From Somniosus microcephalus (taxonomy: Eukaryota): DNA of 64,000 bases. Shown here one piece after another: positions 1 to 13,633 of the stretch. The position numbers and the translations under genes are program-made. The stretch covers positions 167,214,001 to 167,278,000 of the forward strand of contig CM126209.1 of NCBI GenBank assembly GCA_052327205.1. Direction: 5' to 3'. Numbering within the stretch: the stretch's first letter is position 1; every line of letters starts with the position of its first letter. The notes below the pieces were generated by a model. The model had not been told where the DNA came from. It made no database searches and saw only the letters and a program-made list of their open reading frames with translations.

Positions 1-64
1 ACTTAAACGGGTTTCCGGATTCTTATCCAGTGCTTTCTTAAGAAAATCTTTAAAATCTTTAGAC
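1..64 (-). CDS. STK10: STK10 coding exon 7, truncated by window edge: SKDFKDFLKKALDKNPETRLS
   Basis: Acceptor tcttcag| at 65-71. ALDKNPETR matches STK10 kinase subdomain XI, and the phase matches exon 6. Confidence 0.92.
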
Positions 65-249
65 CTGAAGAGATGACAATTCCAAGATGCTTAAAATAAT
101 AGTTTCATATAATATGCACTGCTTAACTACATCAGGTTCAAAACATATTTTTATTAAAAGTGTTGAAAATGGTACCCATCACAAGCCCAACAGTTTTAAA
201 TTCAACAGAGCTTTACATTAAAAAGGCAATGTGTTGTTAACCCCCCCCA

Positions 250-725
250 AAACCTCTGCACCATCTACAAGGCTCAAATCAGGAGTGTAATACTCACCAC
301 TCACCTGGATAGGTGCAGCTGCAACATGCAAGAAGCTCGACATCTAGGGCAGAGAATTTTGCTTGATCAGGTCCCCTGCCACTGGGCTCAATAGCCACCC
401 CCACAATCACTGTTGCACTGTGGCTATAGTATGTAGTATCTGCAAAATGCACTGCAGCAACTCCCCAATGTTACTTTAACAGCATCTCCCCCCCCACCCC
501 AACCCCCGCAAAATATACCAGCGAGAAGGACTAGAGCAGCAATATTGTGGTAACACCAGTCACTTCCAAGTTCCCCTCTAAATCCCCCATCATCCTGACT
601 TGGGCATATATTCCAAACGCGATTGTATGGTCATCATTGTCTCAAGGACTGCAGTGTTTCAAGGAGAAACCCCAAGAGCATTTCCTTAGGGCAAGAAAAT
701 GTGGCTTTGCTAGCGTCACCCACAT
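250..725 (+). mobile_element. Old non-LTR retrotransposon (CR1-group) 3' fragment
   Basis: Degenerate 'accatctacaaggctcaaatcaggagtgt' (TIYKAQIRS) RT C-terminal motif followed by a 3' UTR-like tail. Confidence 0.55.
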
Positions 726-2597
726 CCCAAGGACATTTAAAAAACTCAAAACAAGCCAAATCGTTTCTGAAGCAAAACATCACCTGTTGCAATTCAAGTG
801 CATTGTTGGACATGTGCAGAAGCTTGTGTGATATGGTCAATGCTCAGACATGTTTTGGTCAGCTAAGTGTGTGACATGCAGAGAAAACCCTCCACCATGT
901 TAGAGAGTCTCCAAACCAAGTTACTGAGAAATCCACATAGACAGAGTTTCTGTATGCCTGATAAAGTGGATATTATCTCCCGAATGTGAGACAGCCACTT
1001 AACCAAGTTCAAAGAGCTTAGCAAATCCCAAGTGTGCATAGGGGTACTGCTGGAGTTTAATCTGCTAAAATGGTGCAGCCTACCAGCAAAGATCACTGGT
1101 AAACTTCCCATTGCTTGACTAGACAGGAACACTCTAGCTGTTGGAGCATTAGGCTGCAGGATTACCTAAAGCAGATTGGAAAAAACCTCACTCTCAGTGA
1201 CAATGGTACCCTTACCAAACCAGTCTGGCTAGTCAGTTATTAGCAGTACTGTGCAGTATGGCACAGGCACTGTTTTCACACCCAATGCTACCTTCCAGCA
1301 GCTGCCATCCCAAGTCTCCATCAGCTACACAACAAACTGCCTTTACTGTAGTGAAAGGCCCTACAAAGAGCAGCTTAACCATCCATCTTGATATTCTTCA
1401 TACACAAGTTCAATGCCACCCATCAGTCATACTGATCCTGAATACGATGCTCATGAGGGACTTCGGCAAAAAAAATCCAAGCCTCGAGACTTTGAGACTT
1501 CCCCACCAATTTATTCAGTGATGATCAGAGAGTTCTCCCTTCCTTTGACCATTTTCCCCTTTTGCCACAAATCCACTGGATCTCTGACATGAACTGGAGA
1601 AAGCTGTTCTGTTGCAGGGCCAGAAGTTGTGAACCATGAAAGACACATGCCACTGTTCAGTGATCACTGACTGTTCATTACATTTCCTGGAAAGCATAGC
1701 TGAACAAAAGGTGTCCAAAGGTTTTATTTTTCCTGGGAGGGGTGGAGGTGTGGAAAAGAGAAATGAAGCATTTGAATGCACCAAGGTGAGGATGTCAGTG
1801 ATGGAAAAAATTCCAGTCCTACTTTTGTAGCCAGTGCCAAATTAATCCTAGGTTTACTGCACACAGCAAACACCCTTATAGAATTGGGGGTGGGGGAGAA
1901 GATTTGCTCAATTGCAACTGAACTGTCAACAGCTTTATGCTGTGGATTTGCACCAAGTTGAAGTGGATTAAGACTGCCTAAGCACATTAGGTTTAAGAAT
2001 TGCATGGCCAATCAAGAAAAAATACCATCTCTTCCCCCCTCTTTAAAGTCAAAAAAATATTTGTTTATTTTCTTTAGTATATAGTGGAAGTCAAACATTA
2101 GCAAACAATAATGTTACTTTAAGAAAAAAAAAGGTTGCGATTAGTCTGACAAATTGAGCCCTTACTTTGACACTTTTTCGTAGGAGTTTCCTGTTACAAA
2201 CCAGAAGTGTAATCTTTCATGTGACCGGATCACATTGAAACTAAGTTAACTGTGTACAAGATTCCTACACGCAACACCAAGGAGCTCAGGAGACCACTTT
2301 GTTGAGACAGTTTATACTACAGAATTCAATCTCTGAAAGGCAGACTGCATTTCAAAGAATCATTTTTCTTTATAGAGGTTAGCAATTACCTTTTTCCTTA
2401 TCACCTCATGACCCTTGGTTTTCTCAGTTTGTCACCAAGTCGAACAAAATACAATGGAGTTGAAATGTTGAAGTCCAAGGGAACTGTGAAAACTTTCAAG
2501 ACCAAAATTTCTGTCCGCAGCTCCACTACTCTGCACTGTACTCGCCAGCCAGTGTCCCATCTACTGCTGGGCTATGGTGTTTAAGGTTGGCCTGGCT

Positions 2598-3517
2598 TCA
2601 TAGATTCATAGAAAGTTACAGCACGGAAGGAGGCCATTGCGGCCCATCATGTCCGCGCCGGCCAACAAAGAGCTATCCAGCCTAATCCCACTTCCCAGCT
2701 CTTGGTCCGTATCCCTGCAGGTTAGAGCACCCCAAGTGCACATCCAAGTACTTTTTAAATGTGGTTAGGGTTCCTGCCTCTACCACCCTTTCAGGCAGTG
2801 AGATCCAGACCCCCAGAACCCTCTGGGTGAAGAAATTTCCCCTCAAATCCCCTCTAAACCTTCCCCCAATTACTTTAAATCTGTGCCCCCTGGTTTTTGG
2901 CCCCTCTGCTAAGGGAAATAGGTCCTTTCTATCCACTTTATCTATGCCCCTCATAATTTTATACACCTCAATAAGGTCTCCCCTCAGCCTCCTCTGTTCC
3001 AAGGAAAACAGACCCAGCCTATCCAGTCTTTCCTCATAGCTAAGATCCTTGCAAATCTCCTCTGTACCCTCCCTAGTGCAATCACATCTTTCCTGTAATG
3101 TGGTGACCAGAACTGCACGCAGTACTCTAGCTGAGGCCTAACTAGTGTTTTATACAGTTGAAGCATAACTTGCATTCTATGCCACGGCTAATAAAGGCAA
3201 GCATTCCGTATGCCTTCTTAACCACCTTATCTACTTGGCCTGCTACCTTCAGGGATCTGTGGACATGCACTCCAAGGTCCCTTTGTTCCTCTACACTACG
3301 CAGTGTCCTACCATTTAATGTGTATTCCCTTTCCTTGTTAGCCCTCCCCAAAAGCATTACCTCACATTCTCCAGATTGAATTCCATTTGCCACTGTTCTG
3401 CCCACCTGACCAATTTATTGATATCTTCCTGCAGTCTACAGCTTCCTTCTTCAGTATCAACCACACAGCCGATTTTAGTATCATCTGCAAACTCCTTAAT
3501 CATACCCCCTATATTCA
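2598..3517 (-). mobile_element. CR1/HER1 LINE, 5'-truncated
   Basis: Minus-strand ORFs with CR1 RT C-terminal motifs (LYKTLVRPQLEYCVQFWSPH, RRLRGDLIEVYKIM, NFFTQRV), plus the gggccg..tggcct..(tctatga) tail. Confidence 0.93.
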
Positions 3518-3665
3518 AGGCTTGCCCCAATGTAAATTCTGGAACAGCACTAGCACTGGAACAGTCAGCGTTATTCTTGCCTATGCCATTAGGTTCATCT
3601 GTTTGAGTTTGGCAAGCCCAGAGACATACAAAACATAGTGCTGCTCTCTCGCTTGGTGGTGGGTT

Positions 3666-3775
3666 TTCATAGAATCTTAGGAATTTATGGCACAGAAGGA
3701 GGCCATTTGGCCCATCGTGTCTGTGCCGGCCGAAAAAGAGCTATCCAACCCAATCCCACTTTCCAGCTTTTGTCC
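3666..3775 (-). mobile_element. Short CR1/HER1 3' tail copy
   Basis: Closely resembles 2600-2710. Confidence 0.8.
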
Positions 3776-4308
3776 CTCTCAGACTTAACAAAGGTTGTTT
3801 AGTCTTGGCCACCGTGGGATGCCGGTGACTCCTTAGCACGGATTGATACCAGTGTGCTCATTGATACCCGACTGACTGGGCTTTTCTGAATAATGTGGGC
3901 AGCATATGCAACAATTTCTTATGGGTCCTTTGCACAGACCAGAGAAATTTGATAAATCACAGTGTTACTTTTTGGTGACAAACATTTTATACAACAATCA
4001 GGAGTGCCGGCAATCATGAATACACCATTATGCTTTGAAGTGTTTAACCCCTTAGCAGATATTGGTGCAGACATGCTGATCCAGGTCCTGGTGCTTTATA
4101 CAGAATGAGAACAGGAAACCACATGCAGCATTGCCCATCTGCAAAAGTCATGTACTGGCTTAGCATATGACTTTCCTAGAACTTTCCATGGTTATATTAT
4201 GTATGCAGAGATGGGGAAAATGAATTAGAATTTTTGTTTCAAAACACTATTCCCAAAACAGGTTTGGATAAAGAAAAATATGAAACTTATGCAACAATTC
4301 AGTCATTA

Positions 4309-4515
<207 letters not shown>

Positions 4516-4940
4516 TCAAGACAGCAATGACAAATAGAGAAAACAAAATTTATCAAGGTTGCAGAATTCCGTTAATTAGTAAATTCTCAAAAGTCGAATA
4601 CAGACATGTCTAAACACAATTCTGAATAAGTTTACAGTACATAATTTTATATAAACAGCATATGTATACAATGCATATTTTTAAACTGAAAACAGAATCA
4701 AATGAGGACAATACAATTTTAGGATAGCAATCAAATTAATGGGCGGTGATTTGACATTAGTCCAAGTGAAGAAAGGAAGAGCGAGCAATAAACAGGGTGG
4801 TTTATACATGCCAACAGGTTTTGTATATAGACAAGTTAAAATTGATGGCATATTTATAAATACACAAGTGAGGGTTACAATTTTGTTTATAGTATTTAAT
4901 TTTATATATACACAGCATATGTATACAATACATATTTTTT

Positions 4941-5040
4941 GTTCTGATGGAAGGTCACTGACCTGAAAGGTTAACTCTGCTTCTCTCTCCATAGATGCTG
5001 CCTAATCTGCTGAGTGTTTCCAACATTTTCCGTTTTTATT
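4941..5040 (+). mobile_element. Solo Penelope-like 3' terminal fragment with degenerate hammerhead motif
   Basis: gtt-CTGATGG-a-aggtc/gacct-GAAA-ggtt-aac...gatgctgcct..ctgctgag..tttcca is homologous to 28394-28488. Confidence 0.7.
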
Positions 5041-6230
5041 TTACAATTTTATTTGGTTTGCACTGGCAAACATTTTGACAATTCACGAACCTCAGACATG
5101 GTACATTTCATCAAACAAGGCTTTTGTTAAAGCAAAGTCTTAATAAAACACAGGTATAATGAGTATATAGAGCACTTAGAGGCTAATAATATGTTGACAC
5201 CACTCCATTTAATAATTTAAAGACTGCGCGCCAGCTGAGTCACTCTAATGCCACCTCTCTAAAGCACAATGGGCCAAGTTCTGCAAAAAATTCTATATTA
5301 AAAGCAGCTGAGCTTATGCTCAAAGTTCATTCTAAAAAAAATCAATCAGTACAAAAGTCTTGCATGACAAGGCATAGAATGATTCTTTAATGCATGTGTC
5401 GTGGGACCCTAGTTTTCCACCACCCATTTCTGTAGGAAGATCGAACTTCACGTGTTTTTTGCCTCTCCCAGGAGATTACATGGCTGCGGGGGTGGGTGGA
5501 AGGTAAGAAGTATTTAGTCATTATGGTCCAGCCACCATGGTGTGAGGCTTGATGGACTAGCTGGTTTTTTCCCGCCTGTCAATTTTGTATGTTCGTATAG
5601 TCCAAGAGTTGTCAGATTTGGCATAAAGGATTACATCCATGTATTGTTGATGTTATGCTATTAGAAAGCAGGTGGTCACAGCAGCTTATGGTGTAATTGA
5701 ACAATTTGTTTTGCATGATAATAGTTTGAATATTTTGTATCCATCGAATTTCATAAACCAGTTCATTAACAACTTGCATCTGTGCAGTGCTTTTTATACA
5801 GTAAGACATCTTGAGCCACTTCATATTAGAGACATGGGCTGAGCAGTAGAGGATTTAGAAGAGTTTGCCAAAGGCACAGTGGTTTTAGAACTTGGAGGGT
5901 TTTTTTTAAATTAAGGGCAAGCAAAAACTAGAAATGTAAGCAATGCTCAGGACAATCTACCAATAAAATGGAGAACAAATGATTGCCAACCTATTTTATC
6001 ACAATGTCCCAATTATAACAAAAAAAAATGTATTCAAAGTAGAAGCAAAGAAGTGACTTTAAAAATAACTCCTCCACTTTGTGCAGCATGTGCAGATCAA
6101 AAACATTCGAATTTGCAGAGAGAAATGAAAGTTACATATAAAGTTAAACTAACCACAATGGACTGACATAGAACATCATGAAGAAGGTACAATGTTTGTC
6201 CTAGGAAAAGGTCAGCTCCATTTGTACTTA

Positions 6231-6326
<96 letters not shown>

Positions 6327-7589
6327 TTAGAATAACTCTTTTTAGGGAATTTGGCAAGGATTCCTGTAGTCCAATCCAACACCATATGGATTTAATAGTA
6401 CAAAGCATTGTAACATATTACTGATTAGCAGCAGAGCTGTAACCAATCCTGTAAAATTAACCTTGTGCTTACATAACCTTCAACAGTTTCTATCCAGTTG
6501 AGCTGTTCTTAAACACAAAGCTGTGCACAACACAAGAATGATAGTAAGAGGGTCAAAGTTCATCATCGATGGTTCTCGTTTCCAGTTGGAAGTGTTTAAA
6601 ATAATAATGGACACCATTCTGATTAAACGCAGTATGTGGTGGATAAATACTTGAAGGAAGACATTTGAAAAGAAAAATAAGTATTTAGTTATGGGCTGGG
6701 TATGAAGGCAGGAAGGGTATCAGCAACATTATAAGAGCCTTAGAAGCAATAAGTACAGAATACCCTTAGTTTATATTAATATAAATGTCACAGATCAAAT
6801 TCATACGCTGTTTTAATTGGGGGGGGGGGGGGCGCGCCGGAGCAATTCACTTTTAACTGTTAATTAAATTAGAAAATTCTATACTCGTCACATTGTAGTG
6901 CCTGTCAAATGTCAAGTTTAAAAAAAAAATCCTCGAATACCTATCCTGTTTTACATGTACCATGATGAAGGTTTAACTGCTCATGGGTTGTCACACAATG
7001 TTGCAACTTTATTATGAAACATGAAACTCCCAGGAAATCTTACAAGATTAAAACCTTTTTTTTAAAAATGCAACACGAAAGAACTAATGATCCAGAATTC
7101 TAAACTGTAACAAAGTTATGAAAACCAACACAATAAAACGCTATACACAATAAAAACATAGATCTGTCATTCCCAATACAAGTCAGGCAGTAAAGTGGTT
7201 GCATTTAAAGAGTGCTGCAATTTCCTGCACTATCATAGCGTACAGTTTTAACCTCTTTCGCAACTTCAGGGTTTAGTACAGAACAATTTTACAACAGCTC
7301 CATAGGTGGACACCCTCCTCTATGATTCAACAGCTGTATCTTAAACTGTTGTATACAAAAGTGTCCCTAGTTGTAATTATCTACTTATTGGATAAAACAA
7401 AATCTTGTTATGTGCTATCAATCACTGCAGACTGGCCAATAGTAAGCACAGATTAGCAATGTATTTATTTATACAATTGAACAAATGTGAAACACAAGAT
7501 TTGGCAAAATATTAATGAATACAGTAAGAAAGGTTTGTGATTGGCTAATTATACTTTGTAAGAAATGTCTTCAATTTTCAAAACAGAAA

Positions 7590-8205
7590 ATCTTGGATAC
7601 TGCTTCCACATGTATGCGGATGGCACCTAGTCTACCTCTCCACCCACCCACTGCTCCTTTTGCCAGACTGCTTGTCCGATTTTCAATGTTGGCTGAGCAA
7701 CAATTTCCTCCAGTTAAACATTGGAAAATCATTTTCAGCTCCCACCAGAATGCTGCACCCTTTCCCCCGAATCCATCCCTCTCCCCTACATTGTCTCCCA
7801 GCCCAATGCTTCCAATTTAAATTTCTCACCCACATGTTTAAATATATCAATCACCTCACTCCCCACCATCCCACCCCCAAATCTCTAACCTTCTCCAGCC
7901 TTACAATCTCCACCCCTTCCCAAAAATCTTGATTCCTCTAACCATCCTCTTTTGTATCCCCCCCCTTCTCTTTGCCCCACCATTGGCGGCCGTGCCTTCA
8001 GCCTCCTGGGTCATATGTTCTGGAATTCCCTCCCTAAACAACTTCATCTCTTTCTCCTCCTTTAAGGACCTCCTTAAAATTCTGCTCTTTGACCAAACTT
8101 TTGGTCATCTTCTTTGGCTCAACGTCCATTTTCTGATTACGCTTGCGTGAAGTGCTTTGGGACATTATTCTACATTAAAGGTGCTACATAAATGCAAGTT
8201 GCCGG
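7590..8205 (+). mobile_element. L2 LINE 3' fragment
   Basis: DCLSD..WLSNNFLQLNIGK motif and the L2 3' tail (tgaagtgctttgggac...aaggtgctacataaatgcaagttg). Confidence 0.8.
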
Positions 8206-8522
8206 CAAGGTGAGTTCAATAGGTTCAGTTATCTTAAGGCACGGAGTATCAGCAGGGAATTAAAAGTGAGCTTTTCATCTGATTTCACACTGGAAGTTTT
8301 AAATCTACTGCACTTTTTCCAGTGTTATGTGTTTAACCAATTTGAAATTGGGTTATCAGACAATTAAACCATATTACGTTTGATAAATACAAAGAAATAT
8401 GATTATATAAACATGGAAATGTGATGTATGGTACAATTTACACCCTCCCATCAGGAACATCAACATTTTACAGATTCACTGAAATCAGCAGGTTGCCAGA
8501 CAATCACAACAGATGAACCATT

Positions 8523-9250
8523 GGCCCAGAAATTCCGTTCGCAGGCCTCCCGCGGGCTGAGGGCTGTGATCTGGAAAAATCTGCGCCAAGACCGGAGGGC
8601 TCCCGGGAGGTGCAGAGTTCCATTGCTGGGCCTCTCCAAACTGCCGGTGCGCAGGGCACACGTATCCCAGAGGCGCAGGCGGTTCGCAGCATCCCTGGGA
8701 TCACGTGGGCCATGGGGAGCCGATCAGAGATGGGAATCTCCATTCATACATTTGACAGGAAGGTCTGTCAAATATATGAATAGAGATCACCCCCAAAACA
8801 TTGTAAAACGTCAAATAAAATCACATTTTTAAAATGACTATAAATTAACTATTTTAAACAAAAATTTAAATTTTTGAAAAAAAGAACTAAAGTTTTTAAC
8901 GGGGCTAAAAATAAACTTAACTTTCTTTAAATTATATTTAAATGATAAATCAGTGGGGAAAAAAAATTAATTTGACTTTTTTCAACTCTTATCCTGGTAA
9001 AAGCAGGCCTTGCGCCTGCTTTTACCAGGCGCAAGAATTGTAAGCGTTTTCTGCGAGCGGCGGGTCTCCAAAAAACACAACTTTCCACCCGCAGAGGCCC
9101 TGCTCCAGCGCAGCCGGAGGATCTGTCAAGAGCTTTCTTGACAGATCGGAAATGCCGGTTTCCAGCGCATGCCTGAAACTGGCATTTCCGGTGTCCCTAC
9201 GGGTGAGTACACAGTGCGTATCCACGCGTAGGGACCGGAATATCCGGCCC
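8523..9250. mobile_element. Non-autonomous DNA transposon (MITE), Harbinger-like
   Basis: TIRs ggcccagaaattccg / cggaatatccggccc; flanks att / ata; GC-rich arms around an AT-rich core; no coding capacity. Confidence 0.7.
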
Positions 9251-9329
9251 ATAACTCGCATGAAACCACTGCAATGACATTGATATACCTATTCGCAATT
9301 TAAGTCACCTAACTTCGCTGCTCTAGGAT

Positions 9330-9548
9330 CTTGGCTCAGTTGGTACCAGTCATAGGTTCAAGCCCATCCAGGACTTGAGCACATAATCTTGGCTGATACT
9401 TCAGTGTCTTAATTCGTGAGATCTTGCTGTGCTCAACTGGCTGTCATGTTTAACGATTTAACAGTGAAACACTTCAAAAGTAAGACTGTGTGAAGTGCTT
9501 CAAGATGTCCTGAGCACATGAAGTGCTATCTAAAAGCAAATTCTTCCT
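9330..9548 (+). mobile_element. Degenerate tRNA-derived SINE with L2-type tail (Deu-SINE-like)
   Basis: A box tggctcagttgg, B-box-like ggttcaagccc, and tail tgtgaagtgctt..gatgtcctgag..gtgctat..aagcaa. Confidence 0.6.
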
Positions 9549-10667
9549 TTCTGGACTCTCAGCAGCCATTTTCTCAGCTTGAATTGAAAATGAAAACATC
9601 AAGAGCCACACATCTGTAACAAGTTCCAAAGTCTGATCTGGCTGAGAAACACAATAGTCAAGGCACACACAGTTCTGGAGGTCCCTAAATCTCTTGCGCG
9701 TGTGTGTGGGGGGGCTTAGTTTCATATGTATTTAAGTATAATGTGATATTCTCGTGAAAATTACCACACGCACTAAGCATCAGACCGACACACATCAAAC
9801 CTATTTTCTCTTTCAGTTTCATCAAGAAGCCTTTAAAAAAAAAAAAAACGATGTTATTGTGTTACCAATTAATTTAAGTCCCCAACAGAAATTCTAGATG
9901 AAAAAATTAGAAGAACATGGATCCAGATCCTAGTTAATATTAAACTTGGGATGCATTCAACAGGTTTAAGTGCTATAAAAACACTGCTGGTCACGTGCAG
10001 TGGAAGACTCAGCTGCAGAGTTCATGGCAGGGACAGAGAACTTGGGCGGTGCTGTTTTACACTTCTTGGGCTTGCAAAACACCCATGTTATCAACTCAAA
10101 CAGAAACAATAAAATGCTATTAATAAGTTTGAAACTGGCAAATCTGTGCTAAATGGGAAAGCATTTATATTAAACTTTTTATAACTCTTTGCCAACATAG
10201 AAAGATCAGATTTTTTAAAAAGTCCACTCTAATTTCTTAACTGTAGATTCTAAAGTTACTGGTTCACAAAAACAACCTACAGCTATTCCAGCACATGTAT
10301 TTTAGTAGGCAAGCCTGCTTCAAATAGGATGAAATAATGTTTGCTGACTAACCATAGTAAACTGCTACCCACATATTCAAAAAGATCGCAGCCAAGCCCA
10401 ATCCCATCTGCATCCAACTTCCACACATGTACTTCCAGCACAGGTCACTGGATAGTGATCAGGACCAGGAGCCCAGGATGATTTTTCCTTCCCTAACCCA
10501 GCATGCCCACTCTCTTGTACAAGTATTGTTTTTTTTAATATTTTCCTTCTGGTTCTGTGAATCATGTTTTTAATGCTGCAAATAAATGTGATCAGTAGTT
10601 CAGCTTGTACAAAGTGGTAATATTTCCTCATTCTGGAAGTGTAGTGGGCTCTCCAGTAAGCAATTTA

Positions 10668-10953
10668 CAGGAAACTCTCGATTTACCGGCACCCAAACAA
10701 CCGGAAATCTTGGTTACCGGCAAAATTCAGGAGTAGGTTCAGTTAAGTTTTTCTTCATATTAGTGGCCATTCCTGGATCTGTGGCTATGTAATCGGGGGT
10801 TTCGGCACTTGTTGCTAAGCAACAGGGAAGCCTGGATTTGTTGCTGTGTATGGAGCTCTGGTACCTTTTAACTATAACTCTCTGTAATCCGGACTTCTTG
10901 ATAAACCGGCACCACGCTGGTCCCGTCGGTGCCGGATAAAAAAGAGTTTCCTG
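10668..10953. mobile_element. Tc1/mariner-superfamily (Tigger/pogo-like) MITE, copy 1
   Basis: TA|caggaaactct ... agagtttcctg|TA; homologous to copies at 17344 and 43027. Confidence 0.85.
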
Positions 10954-10963
10954 TACTGTGATG

Positions 10964-11186
10964 GGAACATGAGTAGACCATTCAGCCCCTCGAGCCTGCT
11001 CCAATTAGATCATAGCTGTTCAATAACTCAACTCCACTTATCCGCCTTTGCTCTGTATCGCTGGATACCTTCACCTAACAAAAGACTATCGATCTCAGTC
11101 TTGAAAAGTTCAACTGAACCAGCATACACAGACTTTTGGGGAACAGAGTTCCAGATTTCCACTACCCTGTGTGTGGAAAAAGTGCT
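10964..11186 (-). mobile_element. CR1 LINE 3' end fragment
   Basis: ccattcagcccctcgagcctgctcc tail and ttccagatttccactaccct (VVxIWNS) in reverse. Confidence 0.75.
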
Positions 11187-11254
11187 TGCGATCAGGGTTA
11201 ATTGTTAGCTTTGCATGTCAAATATAAAAGATCCAGCATTTAGTTTATAAGAGA

Positions 11255-11358
11255 CTAGCTGGAGTGCCCGGCGGTGCCGAGGGTTTTTTGAGGGCATGTT
11301 ATGAAAAAAGTAGAAATAATTGTTATCTATATATATATATATCTCAATGAGTCTGTCC
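11255..11358. mobile_element. Helitron terminal remnant inserted in a CR1
   Basis: Minus strand reads ccctcggcaccgccgggcactccagCTAG|t, a GC hairpin followed by a CTAG end. A|TCTATATATA at 11325 (+) resembles a Helitron 5' end. Confidence 0.55.
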
Positions 11359-11359
11359 A

Positions 11360-12470
11360 GAGAGAGCGAGAGCGAGAACAAAAGTAGAGAAGTTATGCTG
11401 AACTTTTATAAAGCGCTGGTTAGGGCACAACTAGAGTATTGCATCCAGCTCTGGTCACCACACTTTAGGAAGGATATGAAGGCACTTGAGATGGCGCAGA
11501 GGGGATTTACCAGAATGGTCACGGGGATGGGGAATCTTAGCTACAAGGACAGGTTGGAGAAGCTGGATTTGTTTTCATTTGAGCAAAGGAGGTGTACAAG
11601 ATTATGACGGGTTTGGATAGGCTCGACGGGGAAAGGCTGTTCCCACTAGTTGATGGTACAAGGACTACGGGACACAGATTTAAGGTTTTGGGCAAGAGAA
11701 ACAGGAGGATGCGAGGAAAAACTTTATGTAGTGAGGACCTGGAACTCGCTGCCGACGGAAGTGGTGGAAGCGGAGACACTGAGGGGGAAAAATTCGGTTG
11801 ATTTGCACCTCCAATTCTAATGGGGCACAAAGCAACAAGCGCCTGGCGCCGCTAACGGCTCCCGCGAAATTCAGCGGGAGGTTAGCGGCGGCAGTAACCG
11901 TAAGCTCCCTGTGGCGCTGTGCCTTTGGCGATGACGTCATCGCCGTGTGCAGTGCCCCAGCCGCGATCTTCGGTAGCGCCCCCTGACTTACCGCCGGACG
12001 CCATGTCCGACAGGGTCAAGGGTGCCTACCTGCGGCCAGGGCGGTGCAAATTAAAGGGGTGGTGCCGGGCAGCCATTTTTGTTGCTGGCTGCTTGCCAGC
12101 ACCTGCCCTCAGCCTCCTGTGCAGCCCCCCCAGCGTGCCGGCTGCGCTCCTGTGTTCGAGTGCCAGGCTCTTTTGCTGGCACTCCGGTCCCTGGTGGCCC
12201 AGCTGGGCCCCAGGTCGCGCTGCGCTAGGCTCCTCCCCTTTAATAAGGGAAGGCCTGCAGTACCGTGGCGCGACGTGCCACCCCAAAGGTGGCGCAACCA
12301 AATTTTCCCCCCTCAATGTTCTCAAGGGGAGACTGGATAGGCACTTGAGGGAAATAAACTTGCAGGGCTACAGGGATAGAATGGGGGAACGGGACTGGCT
12401 GGATCGCTCTACAGAGAGCTGGCATGAACTCGATGGGCTAAATGGCCTCCTTCTATGCCATTATGACTAT
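11360..12470 (+). mobile_element. CR1 LINE 3' portion, interrupted by a MITE
   Basis: KSREVMLNFYKALVRAQLEYCIQLWSPHFRKD motif; the tail gatgggctaaatggcctccttct..(tatgac) resumes after 12315. Confidence 0.88.
11781..12314. mobile_element. GC-rich MITE nested in CR1 (probably Harbinger-related)
   Basis: TIRs gagggggaaaaattcggttg / caaccaaattttcccccctc. The host CR1 is contiguous across it; 3-bp flanks act/aat are imperfect. Confidence 0.75.
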
Positions 12471-13288
12471 GACACTGGAGTGTCAGCCTAGATTTTGTGC
12501 TCATATCTGGGCACGCCACTCAGCTACGGCTAACACTTATCAGCAGTGTTAGAACAGTTTGTTAATCATGCAAGTGCTTTGTTCCCCTTACTAGTGAAGA
12601 GACAATTCAGAAATTGGATACAGAACATTTTATTCAAAGCACCCAATAAACAAACTTGTTAAAAGTGCAATGATGGACCAAATGGCCTCTTTTTGTGCTG
12701 TATCATTTTAGGTTTCCAAAACTGAAGCAACTTCATGTTTTTTTTTAAAAAAGGAACAAAAATCTCCTGTTTTCCCCTATTAAGGTCTTGCCAGACCATG
12801 TGTTTCCTGTGGCTGAGTGGGTAGGAAACCTACTTCAAAGTGTCTTAAATCTATTGTATGAAGGCACTCAGTTCAGGTTCTGTTGAAGAGGAATCTCCCT
12901 GATTTGAGGAAAACACCTCCTCTTCCAACAGCAGCACAGCTGAAAGCGAGAAAGCAAATGTCCTTCAACTAAACAGGACAGGTTACTTCTCTATAATGGA
13001 GAATTTCTTACTGAACCTCCCTCTAAATCCTGTTACTGCTGAATACACAGTCTGTAACCACAAAAAGTTACTTCCTCAGAAGTCATTTGTGTAAACTTCA
13101 GAAGTTTTTTTTTGCTGCACTGAAAATGTACACGCCTATTTCACAGGAAGTTCTATTTAAAAGGCCATGAACAACCATTCAGAATTTACAGTTTGACGCC
13201 GACATATTACTGAAAATCTGAACGTTTCACTGTATTTTGCACTTGGTTGAAAGTTTTCTTCCTTTAGACTTTACAATTGTGCAGACTA

Positions 13289-13633
<345 letters not shown>

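Noticed and set aside
11919-12491. 190-aa ORF and overlapping ORFs
   Set aside because: GC-rich MITE interior running into CR1; no protein motifs.
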